Source of the DNA: Thermoproteota archaeon
Lineage (GTDB): Archaea; Korarchaeota; Korarchaeia; Korarchaeales; Korarchaeaceae
DNA length: 64,000 bases
Reading direction: 5' to 3'
Assembly (NCBI GenBank): GCA_027491435.1
Contig: JAOZFG010000004.1
Span: 32,001 to 96,000, forward strand
Position numbers and translations under genes: made by a program. The first letter of the stretch is position 1. The number at the start of each line of letters is the position of its first letter. The notes under the pieces are model-generated. The model had not been told where the DNA came from, searched no databases, and worked only from the letters and a program-made list of their open reading frames with translations. Positions 9,277 through 19,556 of this stretch are shown here, in pieces.

Positions 9277-10143
9277 TTAAAACTTTAGTTCCTTTGATGG
9301 GGTAAGGCCAGTTTCAAGGTAATTCATTATACCGGTTAACGGTTTTGGAGACATTCTTCTGACTATCCTTCTGTAAAAGTTGCTTGGATCTTCGGACATT
9401 CGGACGAATTTAGCACTAATCTCTGGAGCGACCCTTACCTTTATCGGGGGGCTAACCTTAACCGGGTTAAGTCCATCAGAAACCATGTAAACCTCAGATG
9501 AGGGATCCCAAACTTCAACGATCGATTCCTCTGGAATGACCAGGGATTTGAAGAAGACTTGAAGGCTAGGTGGCCAGGGGGCCACCATGGAGACTATCAT
9601 GCCCCTAACCCTGGGATCGAGTACCGGTCCCTCTGTGGCCAGAGAGTAGGCGAGAGACCCTGTGGGAGTCGATATTAACAGTCCGTCGCATATACACTCA
9701 TTGACAGGAGTTCCATCTACACCAAACCCTATCCTAGACGACTTACCTATCTTCCCAGACCTAATTAAGAACTCGTTTAGAGCGATCAGATTAACTGGCT
9801 CTACCGTCTCCAATACCAAAGCCATCTCCACCCAGTACTCTCCTGTAGTGAGCTTGTGTAGGGAGAGATCCACCTTACTCCTCTCCACCTCCATGAGCGT
9901 GCCGAAGGTGCCGTTAACCACCCCGAGCAGCGGATACTCTCCATGAGTTAAGTGAAAAGCTCTTAGTAGGGTTCCGTCGCCTCCCACAACTACTAAGACG
10001 TCTGGGGCGTCATTAAGATCTATGATCCTAATTCCGTGTTTTTTTGCCAATGCTTTTAACTCATTAGCCAACTTCCTGGCCTTTGGGTTGGTATTGTTGT
10101 ACATTAGAGATATGGCGTTCGCTGGCCTTCCCTTTTCCATCAT
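9277..10143 (-). CDS. nadK: NAD kinase
   Basis: GGDGTLL, LNE, DGLLISTPTGSLAYSLA. Confidence 0.93.
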   Translation of the reverse strand: MMEKGRPANAISLMYNNTNPKARKLANELKALAKKHGIRIIDLNDAPDVLVVVGGDGTLLRAFHLTHGEYPLLGVVNGTFGTLMEVERSKVDLSLHKLTTGEYWVEMALVLETVEPVNLIALNEFLIRSGKIGKSSRIGFGVDGTPVNECICDGLLISTPTGSLAYSLATEGPVLDPRVRGMIVSMVAPWPPSLQVFFKSLVIPEESIVEVWDPSSEVYMVSDGLNPVKVSPPIKVRVAPEISAKFVRMSEDPSNFYRRIVRRMSPKPLTGIMNYLETGLTPSKELKF

Positions 10144-10207
10144 GTTTATACCCCGTTCATCAAGCTAATAACTTGGGCAGTATTTAATTAAGCGATGGTG
10201 GGCGGTT

Positions 10208-10696
10208 TTGATCTCCAGGAGGACATCTAAAATACTGAGCTGGTCATGTGATGTTAAAATAATACCGAAAATAGACGTGTCTTCCGAAATATTGGGGATA
10301 AGGTTGTACAGGGACGTCGAAACGGAGGTTCCCAATTGGGTAGCCGAGGTTCTAATAAGGGAGGGCTTAGCTGACCCCGTCCCTCCCGAAGAAGACATCG
10401 GGAAACTTTTATTTAAGGAAAAAACCAGCATAACCTTATCCAAAGTTCCGTGTAATCTATATCAAATTATAAGGAAAGCTCTCATTGAAGGTGATGAGCT
10501 TAAGGAGAGAGACGCCAAGGAGCTCGTCAACAGAAGGCTTCACAAGATACTGACCTACTTGAGGATGTCTTTAATGCTGGAGGACCGGACTCCACCCAAA
10601 AACATACTACCAGAAGAGATGGTACTATACAAATTCTTGAGGGAGGCTATATTAGCCTGGCTCGACTCGTTTGTCGGGGAGAGAGGAGGAAAATGA
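10208..10696 (+). CDS. GINS complex subunit (Gins23 type)
   Basis: EVPNWVA...GL B-domain first, R-LHKI...NILPEE; ATGA overlap with mcm. Confidence 0.8.
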   Translation: MISRRTSKILSWSCDVKIIPKIDVSSEILGIRLYRDVETEVPNWVAEVLIREGLADPVPPEEDIGKLLFKEKTSITLSKVPCNLYQIIRKALIEGDELKERDAKELVNRRLHKILTYLRMSLMLEDRTPPKNILPEEMVLYKFLREAILAWLDSFVGERGGK

Positions 10697-13600
10697 GCGT
10701 AGCCGAATCTCTAAGGCCGGATGAGCTCGAAAGAAGATATAAGGAATTCATACTAAACTTCGTTGATAATGATGGCGAAGCCATATATCGCAAAAAGGTA
10801 GCCGACTTACTCGAGGAGAAAAGAAGGTCCTTATCTATAGATTGGTGGCACCTATACTCCACTTCATCTACCAGGGACTTGGCGGAGGACTTAATAGTCC
10901 ACCCCTCCACACACGTGGAGGCCGCCTCTAAGGCCCTGAGGTCCATAGTGATGGAGCAGTTAGGGGACCTCATATCGGAAGATCCATACAAATTATACAC
11001 GAAAATGCAATTTCACGTCAGATTTTACAATCTACCCTCCGAAATAACCATCAGGGAACTGTCTAAGTACAGCGTCGGACGACTAGTTGAGATAGAGGGT
11101 ATAGTGACTAGGACTTCGGACATATACGACATGCTGGTGAAAGCCGTCTACGTCTGTAACGTTTGTGGAAATGAAGAAGTCATAGATGTGGCTAAGGTAG
11201 GTAAATTCAAACCCCCTGATAAGTGCAGCGTATGTGGGGCAGAGAGGTCATTCAGGTTTGACCCCGAAAAAAGCGAGTTCATTAGATGGCAGGTGATAAG
11301 GGTTCAAGAGAGGCCAGAAGACCTTCCCCCTGGAATGATGCCAAAGCACGTTGATGCCATCCTCTATGACGACTTGGTAGACGAAGTAAAGCCCGGCGAC
11401 AGGGTCAAGCTCTCGGCCATTATTAAGCTGATGCCCGCCCGCGTGAAGGAAGATAAGACGGCTATGGGCCCCATATTCAAGAGATATCTGGAAATAGTTC
11501 ATATAGAGGTTCCGAATAAGGTTTACGAGAAGTTGGAGATAACTCCAGAGGATGAGGAGAGGATATTTGAACTATCCAAGAGGAGCGACCTAGAAGACCT
11601 CATAATAAAGTCGATAGCCCCGTCGATTCACGGGTGGGAACACGTCAAGAGAGCCATAGCTTACTCGCTCTTTGGCGGCAATCCTCAAGTGCTTCCAGAC
11701 GGTACTAAGGTGAGAGGGGAGATCAACATACTGCTGGTCGGAGATCCGGGCGTGGCCAAATGCATTTCCGGAGGGGAATACGTGATCACGGAAAAGGGCC
11801 TGATTTCGGCAGAAGACTTGTTCTCTTCATCCCCTGGTGACTTAAAAGAGTTAGATGACGGGGTGGCGAAGGAGGTCTCCTTCAAAGTGCTATCCCTAAA
11901 TGGTGAGGGGGAATTAGCTTGGACCAAGGCGAGAGCCATAGCTAAGAGGAGGCCCCTCACAGGGATGGTGGAAGTCCTAACTGATAGGGGCCTAAAGCTA
12001 AAGGTAACGACGACCCATCCTTTCCTAACTATAAGGGAAGGGAGATTGGTGTACGTAAGCGCCCAAGATCTGAAGAAGGGGGACTACATAGCCTCCATAG
12101 GTTACTTCAAGAGCTTAAATGGAGAAGAGGGGTCCCCTGAGGAGGAGGGCCTGTCCGCCCTCCTGGGGTTCTTAATAACCTCTAGGGTAAAGCACAACAG
12201 CTTCTACCTAACAATTAATGAAGAAGCTGCGGATTATCTGGAAAAAATTATAGATAAACTGAGGAAATTCGGGTATAAATTTAAGATAAGTAGGAGGAGG
12301 GAAGGGACCCGGTGTAAAGTAACTGTCCACTTACAGTCAGGTCACGAGCTGTCGCGTTTCCTCTCCTCATCGAACAGGTATAACAGAGCCATCCCGCTGG
12401 ATCTGCTACTTAAAAATAAAAGAAATGCATATAATTTCGTTAAGTCTCTAATAATATCTGCTGGTAAGAGGAGAAGACGTTCGATAATTCTACCTTCATT
12501 CGGTAGGAAGGGGGCTTTACAGATCTATATTGTTTCATCCTTCTTGGGGCTGCTCCCCAAGTTGGAGAGGGCCGGGTCTCTGTATAGGGTCAAGTTTTCT
12601 CTGAAGGGCGATGGTCTAGACATATCCAGCATAAGGTCAATCGACGATTCCAAGATCCCTGGGATAGGTGAAGCCATAAGAAGTGTCAGGAGAGCCTTAG
12701 GGCTCAGTCACAGGGACCTAGGCGTGAGCAGGTCCCAGCTCTCCCGGATTGAGCGAAATCTGTCCACACCTAGCAGGTCATTTATAGTAAACTTCCTTAA
12801 TAAAGTAATGGTAACATCCAAAGAAATTAAAGATTTAAAGGGAGAATTAATAACAATCATGGCAGCCAGCTCGCCATCCATCGTCTGGGATAAAGTGGTG
12901 GAGGTGAAGAGCGCCCCTGAGGAGAGCTGGGTGTATGACGTGGAGGTGAGAAATTACAACAACTTCGCGGCGTCCGGTTTAATAGTGCACAACAGTCAGC
13001 TCCTTAAATACGTCGCTCAGATATCGCCTAGAGGCCTTTACACAACTGGTAAGGGGTCAACGGCGGCCGGGTTAACGGCAGCAGTTGTAAGGGACTCCTC
13101 TACAGGGGGATGGACCTTAGAGGCAGGGGCACTCGTTCTAGCCGATAGGGGGGTTGCCTGTATCGACGAGTTTGACAAGATGAGCGAAGATGACAGGAGG
13201 GCCATTCACGAGGCCATGGAGCAACAGACTATATCTATAGCAAAGGCAGGCATAGTGGCCACGCTCAACGCCAGGACCACCGTAATTGCTGCATCCAACC
13301 CTAAGAAAGGTAGGTACGACCCCTACGAAAGTGTTGCAGACAACATAAACCTGCCCCCGACCATACTGTCCAGGTTTGACCTAGTCTTCATAATGAGGGA
13401 CATACCTGATAAGATGAGGGACAAGAGCATAGCTGAGCATATACTGGACACTAGGAGAGGCAAAAATCCCGAAGCGAAACCCCCGATAGAGATTGAGTTG
13501 CTTAAGAAGTATATAGCCTACGCAAAACAAAACATCAGGCCTATCCTGACTGAGGAGGCCGCAGATGAGATAATGAAGTTTTACATAGAGATGAGAGAGA

Positions 13601-14061
13601 AGAGCGGGAAGATCTCCAGCGAGGAGGGGATAATAGGCGAGACCATAGCGATAACCCCTAGACAGCTTGAGGCCCTCATCAGACTGAGTGAGGCCAGGGC
13701 TAAGTTACATCTAAGGAATGAGGTCACCGCTAACGACGCCAAGGCGGCCATAGAGCTTATGATGCACATGCTCTCTCAGGTAGGCTACGATTTCGCCTCT
13801 GGAGCCTATGATATAACGGGCTTCATGACAGGGGTCTCTTACTCTAAAGTTAAGAGAAAAGAGCTCCTCGTTAAGATAATAAACGAGTTATCCGATCAGT
13901 TCGAAGACGGGCTAATAGACAGGGACGTTCTCGTCAAGGAGGCTTCGGAAAGGTTATCTCTGCCAGGCGAGGTAGTGGAACAAATGCTAGGGGAGCTAAA
14001 GGGCGACGGTGTGATATATGAGCCTGAACCCGGAAGAGTAAAGCTTCTGGAGAGGGAGTAA
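10693..14061 (+). CDS. mcm: Replicative helicase MCM containing one intein
   Basis: Zn finger CxxC...CxxC, GDPGVAK|SQLL Walker A split by the intein, IDEFDKM, SRFD, C-terminal wHTH. Confidence 0.97.
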   Translation: MSVAESLRPDELERRYKEFILNFVDNDGEAIYRKKVADLLEEKRRSLSIDWWHLYSTSSTRDLAEDLIVHPSTHVEAASKALRSIVMEQLGDLISEDPYKLYTKMQFHVRFYNLPSEITIRELSKYSVGRLVEIEGIVTRTSDIYDMLVKAVYVCNVCGNEEVIDVAKVGKFKPPDKCSVCGAERSFRFDPEKSEFIRWQVIRVQERPEDLPPGMMPKHVDAILYDDLVDEVKPGDRVKLSAIIKLMPARVKEDKTAMGPIFKRYLEIVHIEVPNKVYEKLEITPEDEERIFELSKRSDLEDLIIKSIAPSIHGWEHVKRAIAYSLFGGNPQVLPDGTKVRGEINILLVGDPGVAKCISGGEYVITEKGLISAEDLFSSSPGDLKELDDGVAKEVSFKVLSLNGEGELAWTKARAIAKRRPLTGMVEVLTDRGLKLKVTTTHPFLTIREGRLVYVSAQDLKKGDYIASIGYFKSLNGEEGSPEEEGLSALLGFLITSRVKHNSFYLTINEEAADYLEKIIDKLRKFGYKFKISRRREGTRCKVTVHLQSGHELSRFLSSSNRYNRAIPLDLLLKNKRNAYNFVKSLIISAGKRRRRSIILPSFGRKGALQIYIVSSFLGLLPKLERAGSLYRVKFSLKGDGLDISSIRSIDDSKIPGIGEAIRSVRRALGLSHRDLGVSRSQLSRIERNLSTPSRSFIVNFLNKVMVTSKEIKDLKGELITIMAASSPSIVWDKVVEVKSAPEESWVYDVEVRNYNNFAASGLIVHNSQLLKYVAQISPRGLYTTGKGSTAAGLTAAVVRDSSTGGWTLEAGALVLADRGVACIDEFDKMSEDDRRAIHEAMEQQTISIAKAGIVATLNARTTVIAASNPKKGRYDPYESVADNINLPPTILSRFDLVFIMRDIPDKMRDKSIAEHILDTRRGKNPEAKPPIEIELLKKYIAYAKQNIRPILTEEAADEIMKFYIEMREKSGKISSEEGIIGETIAITPRQLEALIRLSEARAKLHLRNEVTANDAKAAIELMMHMLSQVGYDFASGAYDITGFMTGVSYSKVKRKELLVKIINELSDQFEDGLIDRDVLVKEASERLSLPGEVVEQMLGELKGDGVIYEPEPGRVKLLERE
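11761..12993 (+). mobile_element. Intein (411 aa) in MCM Walker A, with decayed LAGLIDADG endonuclease and a Cro/XRE HTH
   Basis: Starts CISGG; block B TTTHPF; ends VYDVEV...NF...VHN followed by Ser+1. Confidence 0.93.
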
Positions 14062-14062
14062 C

Positions 14063-16171
14063 TTGTCTCTAGAGCTAGTAGCTCCTTTACTGGAAAGGCT
14101 AGGGGTTAAGGAGCTATATCCCACTCAGAGAGAGATCCTGGAGAGGGGCTTGATTGATTCGGGGAACTTTGTACTGGCAGCGCCCACAGCTTCCGGAAAA
14201 ACGCTCGTTGCGGAAATGATAATGTACAGAGAGCTCGTTAAAGGGGGAAAGGTAATATACTTATCCCCTCTTAGGGCGTTAGCTTCAGAGAAGTATGAGG
14301 AATTCAGCTCTATATTCGAACATCCTGTTAGGCTCTCCATAGGGGATTACGACTCGTCTGAGAAACCCCTATCTAAGTACGACGTCATAGTGATGACTTA
14401 CGAGAAGTTTGACTCGCTAATAAGACACTCCCCTAAGTGGTTAGACGACGTCTCCCTGCTGGTAATGGACGAAATACATTATGTGGGGGACCCTCACAGG
14501 GGTCCAGCTATAGAGATGTCCATATCTACCTTCATGACGGATCACCCGAGTTCTAGGAGGGTGGCCTTAAGCGCTACCATCTCCAACTTGGAGGAGATCA
14601 GTGAATGGCTCAGAGCGGTTCCGATAAAGGTTGAGTGGAGGCCTGTACCCCTAAGGGTGGGCGTATACGTACCGGGAGGATTGCTCTACAGGGATGGCTC
14701 TTTTGAGAGCTTAGGTCCAGGAGAGCCGACCTTATCAATAACCCAGAGGAGCCTGTCCAACGGAGGTCAAGTCATAATATTCTATAATAGGCGCTCAGAT
14801 ACGATATCAGCGGCCAGTAAACTGGCTCAAAAGTTAAAAATAAGCACGGATAGTGTTAGGGCCTTCGAGCTGTCCGAGAGGATAAAGTCGACGGATCCCG
14901 GGTCTAAGTTGGTATCCAAGCTAGCTGAATTAGTCAAGTCAGGAGTTGCCTTCCACCACGCCGGTCTCAGCCATGAGGCCAGGAGGATCGTTGAAGTCGG
15001 GTTTAGGGAGGGGACGATAAAGGTGATAACAGCGACGCCGACTCTGGCAGCCGGAGTCAACCTACCGGCCAGGACTGTGATAATAAGGTCTTACATGAGG
15101 TATGACAGGCATTTGGGCAGGATGGCCCCTATTTCCGTTATGGAGTTTTGGCAAATGGCGGGGAGGGCGGGAAGGCCTAGGTTCGACGAGTATGGTGAGG
15201 CTTTTCTGATATCCAAAAGTCCCGAAGAGGCCGACGAGTTATTCAGAATGTACGTCAACTCTGAGCCTGAACCCGTTAAATCTTCTCTACAAGAGTTCAG
15301 TAATTTATTGTCCCACATACTCGCACTGATATCGGTTAAAGGGCCCATAACCCTGGAGGGCATAATTGAAGTGTTTAACAGGACCCTCCTGGCGGTGCAG
15401 GGGGGTGTAGAGAGAGTAAAGGATGTCATACCTAGAGCGATAAATGAACTAGAAGCCGATGAGTTCGTGAGACACGATAATAACTTTTATGAGCCTACCA
15501 AGGTTGGAAAGAGAGTATCTGAACTCTACATAGATCCTAAGACAGCTAAGCTGATGATAAAAGCCCTCAATAAGGTGGAATACGTGGAAGAGAGGCCCGT
15601 ACTCCTGTTTATCTCCACACTGCAGGAGATGCCTAGGGTCTCTCTGTCCAGGTCAAGAGCAGATTTCCTGGAGGAAGAAGCCGATTCCACAGAATTACTC
15701 ATCCCCCTGTACGATTTGCCCATCTCAACCTTAAGGGAGCTGCTACAAGCCATGAAATCCGCTCTATCTCTTGAGATGTGGATAGAGGAGGAACCCGAAG
15801 GTAGGATAGAGGAGAGGGTTGGGGTGGAGCCTGGGGATCTTAGGGTGATAGTGGACACCGCTACCTGGCTAACTTACTCCTTCTCTGAAATAGCTAGGAT
15901 TTTAGGCTATGATAACTCCTCTAAAATCCTAAAGAAGCTAGCTAAGAGGATAAAACACGGGATAAGAGAGGAGCTCATAGAGTTAGTTCAAATAGAGGGG
16001 GTAGGAAGGAGGAGGGCCAGGGTCTTGTTTGAAGCTGGATATCAGACGATTAAAGACCTATGTGAAGCTGACCCCGCGAGCTTGGCCGGCCTTCCCCTTA
16101 TAGGGGTTAAGCTAGCTGAGAAGATTGTCGAAGGGGCGAGGTCGATGTGCCATGCCGGTTCATCCAATTGA
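14063..16171 (+). CDS. hel308: Ski2-like DNA helicase Hel308/Hjm
   Basis: APTASGKT, DEIH, SAT, FHHAGL, TPTLAAGVNLPA, QMAGRAGR, C-terminal HhH (GVGRRRAR). Confidence 0.94.
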   Translation: MSLELVAPLLERLGVKELYPTQREILERGLIDSGNFVLAAPTASGKTLVAEMIMYRELVKGGKVIYLSPLRALASEKYEEFSSIFEHPVRLSIGDYDSSEKPLSKYDVIVMTYEKFDSLIRHSPKWLDDVSLLVMDEIHYVGDPHRGPAIEMSISTFMTDHPSSRRVALSATISNLEEISEWLRAVPIKVEWRPVPLRVGVYVPGGLLYRDGSFESLGPGEPTLSITQRSLSNGGQVIIFYNRRSDTISAASKLAQKLKISTDSVRAFELSERIKSTDPGSKLVSKLAELVKSGVAFHHAGLSHEARRIVEVGFREGTIKVITATPTLAAGVNLPARTVIIRSYMRYDRHLGRMAPISVMEFWQMAGRAGRPRFDEYGEAFLISKSPEEADELFRMYVNSEPEPVKSSLQEFSNLLSHILALISVKGPITLEGIIEVFNRTLLAVQGGVERVKDVIPRAINELEADEFVRHDNNFYEPTKVGKRVSELYIDPKTAKLMIKALNKVEYVEERPVLLFISTLQEMPRVSLSRSRADFLEEEADSTELLIPLYDLPISTLRELLQAMKSALSLEMWIEEEPEGRIEERVGVEPGDLRVIVDTATWLTYSFSEIARILGYDNSSKILKKLAKRIKHGIREELIELVQIEGVGRRRARVLFEAGYQTIKDLCEADPASLAGLPLIGVKLAEKIVEGARSMCHAGSSN

Positions 16172-17519
16172 TTACAGGTATGGGAGCGATGAGATTAGAA
16201 GAATCTTCGACGTGGAGAACCGGATTAAGCTGATGGCCAGAGTAGAGGCGGCACTAGCCCAGGCTCAAGCAGAACTAGGAATAATCCCTCATGAGGCGGC
16301 CGAAGAGATAAGAAAAGCCGCTGAGCAGGTCACCTACGAAGAGGTCAAGGAGGTAGAGAGGGTCATAGGTCATGAAACCATGGCGCTGGTGAAGGTGTTG
16401 TCGAAGAAGTCAGGAGAGTACGGGAAATACGTCCACTTGGGGGCTACCTCGAACGATATACTGGACACGGCGATGGCCATTCAGATAAAGGATGCCGGTT
16501 GCGTCCTAGTAAGGAAAGCCCTCGATCTCCTAAAGGTCATCGTGAAAAGGGGACGAGAATCCTATGATGTCGTTCAGCTAGGCAGGACTCACGGTATGGC
16601 AGCAGACCCAATAACTTTCGGCTTTAAGATGGCCTATTGGTCTTACATGATCCGAAACTCCATAGGTAGGCTAGTTGAGGCCGTTAAGGCCGCATCCAAG
16701 GGCAAGATGTCGGGGGCTGTAGGAACAATGGCAGCTTTCTCCCTCTTGTGCAGGGACCCGAGGAGGATTCAAAGCAGAGTGATGGAAATTCTAGGGATTG
16801 AAGCTGCCGACGTATCTACACAGATAGTGCCCAGAGACGGACTAGCCCAATTAATAACCTCGATTGCGATATTCTCCTCGGTCTTGGACGCCATAGCTAA
16901 TGAGATAAGGAACCTGCAGAGGGTTGAAATAGGTGAAGTACAAGAGCCATTCAGAGCAGAGTCACAAGTTGGATCGAGCACGATGCCCCATAAGAGGAAC
17001 CCGGTCATGAGCGAGAAGGTATGCGGTCTAGCTAAAGTGATCAGGGGGTTAGTCCTAACCTCCTTAGAGAATGTAGTGCTTGAACATGAGAGAGATCTTA
17101 CCAACAGCTCCGCGGAGAGGTGCATGTTACCGGAGGTAATGCTACTCTTCGACGAACAACTAACTACCTTGACTAAGGTGATAAAGGGACTCAAAATTAA
17201 CGAGGATAAAATGAGGGAAAACCTGATAAAATTCGGTGAGATGGCCACAGCCGAGAGGGTTATGATGGAACTTTTTAGGAAAGGCTTGGGCAGACAAGAG
17301 GCACATGAATTAGTGAGACGTGCCGCCATGAGGGCCTACGAATCAGGTAAGTCATTTAAGGATTCGTTGCTTGAGGAGAAGGTGGTATCGAAGTACTTGG
17401 ATGAAGAGAGGCTGAGGAAGCTCACAGACCCGACAAATTATCTAGGGATCAGCAAGGAGATTGCCCTAGAGGAGTTCGAGAGGGCGGACGAATTCATCAA
17501 GGGTGTTTCATGTGAATGA
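16152..17519 (+). CDS. purB: Adenylosuccinate lyase
   Basis: HPIDYRY, HLGATSND, GRTHG, GSSTMPHKRNP; start placed at ATG 16152. Confidence 0.96.
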   Translation: MPVHPIDYRYGSDEIRRIFDVENRIKLMARVEAALAQAQAELGIIPHEAAEEIRKAAEQVTYEEVKEVERVIGHETMALVKVLSKKSGEYGKYVHLGATSNDILDTAMAIQIKDAGCVLVRKALDLLKVIVKRGRESYDVVQLGRTHGMAADPITFGFKMAYWSYMIRNSIGRLVEAVKAASKGKMSGAVGTMAAFSLLCRDPRRIQSRVMEILGIEAADVSTQIVPRDGLAQLITSIAIFSSVLDAIANEIRNLQRVEIGEVQEPFRAESQVGSSTMPHKRNPVMSEKVCGLAKVIRGLVLTSLENVVLEHERDLTNSSAERCMLPEVMLLFDEQLTTLTKVIKGLKINEDKMRENLIKFGEMATAERVMMELFRKGLGRQEAHELVRRAAMRAYESGKSFKDSLLEEKVVSKYLDEERLRKLTDPTNYLGISKEIALEEFERADEFIKGVSCE

Positions 17520-18840
17520 CGGACTGTACTTGAGGTTTTTGGGCGCCGCTAGAGAAGTCGGCAGATCTAGCGTGGAGCTCTATTACCGCGGTACCAGGGT
17601 AATCCTGGACTCTGGGGTGAACTTAGGGGCTTCCTTGGAAGACCGATTTCCAGTGGACCCGGAAGGGCCAGTGGATGCAGTTTTACTGACTCATGCCCAC
17701 CTAGATCACTCCGGATACACCCCTAAGCTGGTTAAGGAGAACGATTGCCCAATATACGCCACTCCCCCCACTAGAGACGTCTCAGAGATACTGTTGATAG
17801 ATTACCTGAACCTTTACCCCAAGGAAGAGGGCAAGCCTTTTGAGCACAGGGACATAATGGCTCTAAGGAAGAAGGAGAAGCTCATCCAATACTATGCTCC
17901 CTCTCAGGTGGGCGACGTCGAATTCATTCCATTCAGCGCAGGTCACGTTCTAGGCTCAGCTATGTTCCTGATAAAGACTGACCATGGGAATATACTTTAC
18001 ACAGGAGATATAAACACAACTGGCACTAGGACGCTTAGGGGGGCCGACACCAACCTTCCGGAAGTGAACTACTTGATAATAGAGTCCACCTACGGCGGGA
18101 ACCAGGACATCCACCCATCTAGGAAGAAGGTAGAGAAGCAGTTTGTGGAGAACATAAGGGAGACGTTGTTATCTGGAGGCGTGGTTATCATACCAGCATT
18201 TGCCTTGGGAAGGGCTCAGGAGGTTATTCTGACGCTAATCCACTACCTGGAGTCGGGTAAACTTCCAGAAGTTCCCATCTTCGTCGATGGGATGATAAGG
18301 GAGGTAAGCAAGATATACTCCCTATACTGGTCCTGGTTGCGCCCCGAGCTACAAAGGAGGGTAAGACAGAGCAAGAGGAGCGTATTTGACCACAAGGCCA
18401 TAGAAGAGGTGAGGAACAGAGACGAGATCCTGGAGCTCACAGAACCCTTCATAGTGGTTACTACCTCGGGCATGCTTCAAGGGGGGCCAGTGATCATATA
18501 TCTGAAGAAGTTCGCAGGGGATAAGAGAAACCTGATCTATCTTACCGGTTATCAGGTTAAGGGGACGAGGGGGAGGATGCTCCTGGACGGGATTAGGGAG
18601 ATACCCCTGTCGGATGACGAGAAGATAGTGGTAGAGGCCAGGGTGGAGTTCGCCGACTTCTCCGCTCACTCAGATCAATCAGGCCTATTAGGATTCATAT
18701 CTAAGCTTAAAGGACTTAAAGAGGTTATTCTAGTCCACGGAGAGTATTCCAAGATGATAGACCTCAGGGAGAAACTCAGGAGGAGGGGGATAGCCACCTT
18801 CATACCCTCCATAGGGGAAAAGGTATACCTCAACTACTAA
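17503..18840 (+). CDS. MBL/beta-CASP ribonuclease (aCPSF-type, no KH domains)
   Basis: GAAREVGRS, THAHLDH, AGHVLGS, ESTYG, FSAHSD, VHGE. Confidence 0.92.
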   Translation: MFHVNDGLYLRFLGAAREVGRSSVELYYRGTRVILDSGVNLGASLEDRFPVDPEGPVDAVLLTHAHLDHSGYTPKLVKENDCPIYATPPTRDVSEILLIDYLNLYPKEEGKPFEHRDIMALRKKEKLIQYYAPSQVGDVEFIPFSAGHVLGSAMFLIKTDHGNILYTGDINTTGTRTLRGADTNLPEVNYLIIESTYGGNQDIHPSRKKVEKQFVENIRETLLSGGVVIIPAFALGRAQEVILTLIHYLESGKLPEVPIFVDGMIREVSKIYSLYWSWLRPELQRRVRQSKRSVFDHKAIEEVRNRDEILELTEPFIVVTTSGMLQGGPVIIYLKKFAGDKRNLIYLTGYQVKGTRGRMLLDGIREIPLSDDEKIVVEARVEFADFSAHSDQSGLLGFISKLKGLKEVILVHGEYSKMIDLREKLRRRGIATFIPSIGEKVYLNY

Positions 18841-18902
18841 CCACTTATTACGTCTGGAACCCTTGCATTTTATCGTGAGAGGAGGGTTCAACACGAGAGA
18901 GA

Positions 18903-19556
18903 ATGATAATAGAAACTAGGAAGAACGGGTTCCTCCAGAAATTATTCGGTGGACTGTTCAAGAAGAGTAAGAAGATAAGGCTGGGGATCTACGGACCGGT
19001 CAACTCAGGGAAGACCACCTTGGCTAATAGGATATGCATGGACTTCGTCGGGGAGAAGCTGGGTACAGTTAGCAGGATACCACACGAAACTAGGAGCGTT
19101 AACGTAAAGGAAAATGTAGTACTTAGGCTGAAAAACGGGAACACCCTCACAATGGACGTGATAGACACCCCTGGAATAGCCACCAGGATAACTTACAGGA
19201 CCTTCCTCAGGTACGGCTTCAAGAAGGAGGAAGCCATGAGGAGGGCCTCTGAAGCCGCTAAGGGGGTTGTAGAGGCCATAAGGTCTATGGATCAAGTTGA
19301 TATGGCTCTTTTAGTTATAGACTCGTCTAAAGATCCAACCTCTCAGATAAACTGGGTCATAGCAGGGAACTTAAAGGCTAAAGGGGTGCCTCACATAATA
19401 GTCGCGAATAAGATAGATTTACCCTACTCCAAGCCCAGGAGAGTTTCCTTGGCCTTTCCGGACACCCCAGTAGTTCCTATATCCGCCCTTCTTGGAGATA
19501 ACATGGAGTTGCTTTACAGGGAGATTTACGAGATGGCCACGAGGGGAAGGAGATGA
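18903..19556 (+). CDS. oapA: Era-like GTPase of the origin-associated protein A family
   Basis: RLGIYGPVNSGKTTLANRI, PHETR, DTPG, EAAKGVVEAI, ANKIDL. Confidence 0.85.
   Translation: MIIETRKNGFLQKLFGGLFKKSKKIRLGIYGPVNSGKTTLANRICMDFVGEKLGTVSRIPHETRSVNVKENVVLRLKNGNTLTMDVIDTPGIATRITYRTFLRYGFKKEEAMRRASEAAKGVVEAIRSMDQVDMALLVIDSSKDPTSQINWVIAGNLKAKGVPHIIVANKIDLPYSKPRRVSLAFPDTPVVPISALLGDNMELLYREIYEMATRGRR

Noticed and set aside
17648-17657. TTCCAGTGGA resembling an ORB core, about 1.2 kb upstream of oapA
   Set aside because: Single copy inside a conserved CDS (FPVD codons); no G-string, AT-rich unwinding element or cdc6 gene nearby.
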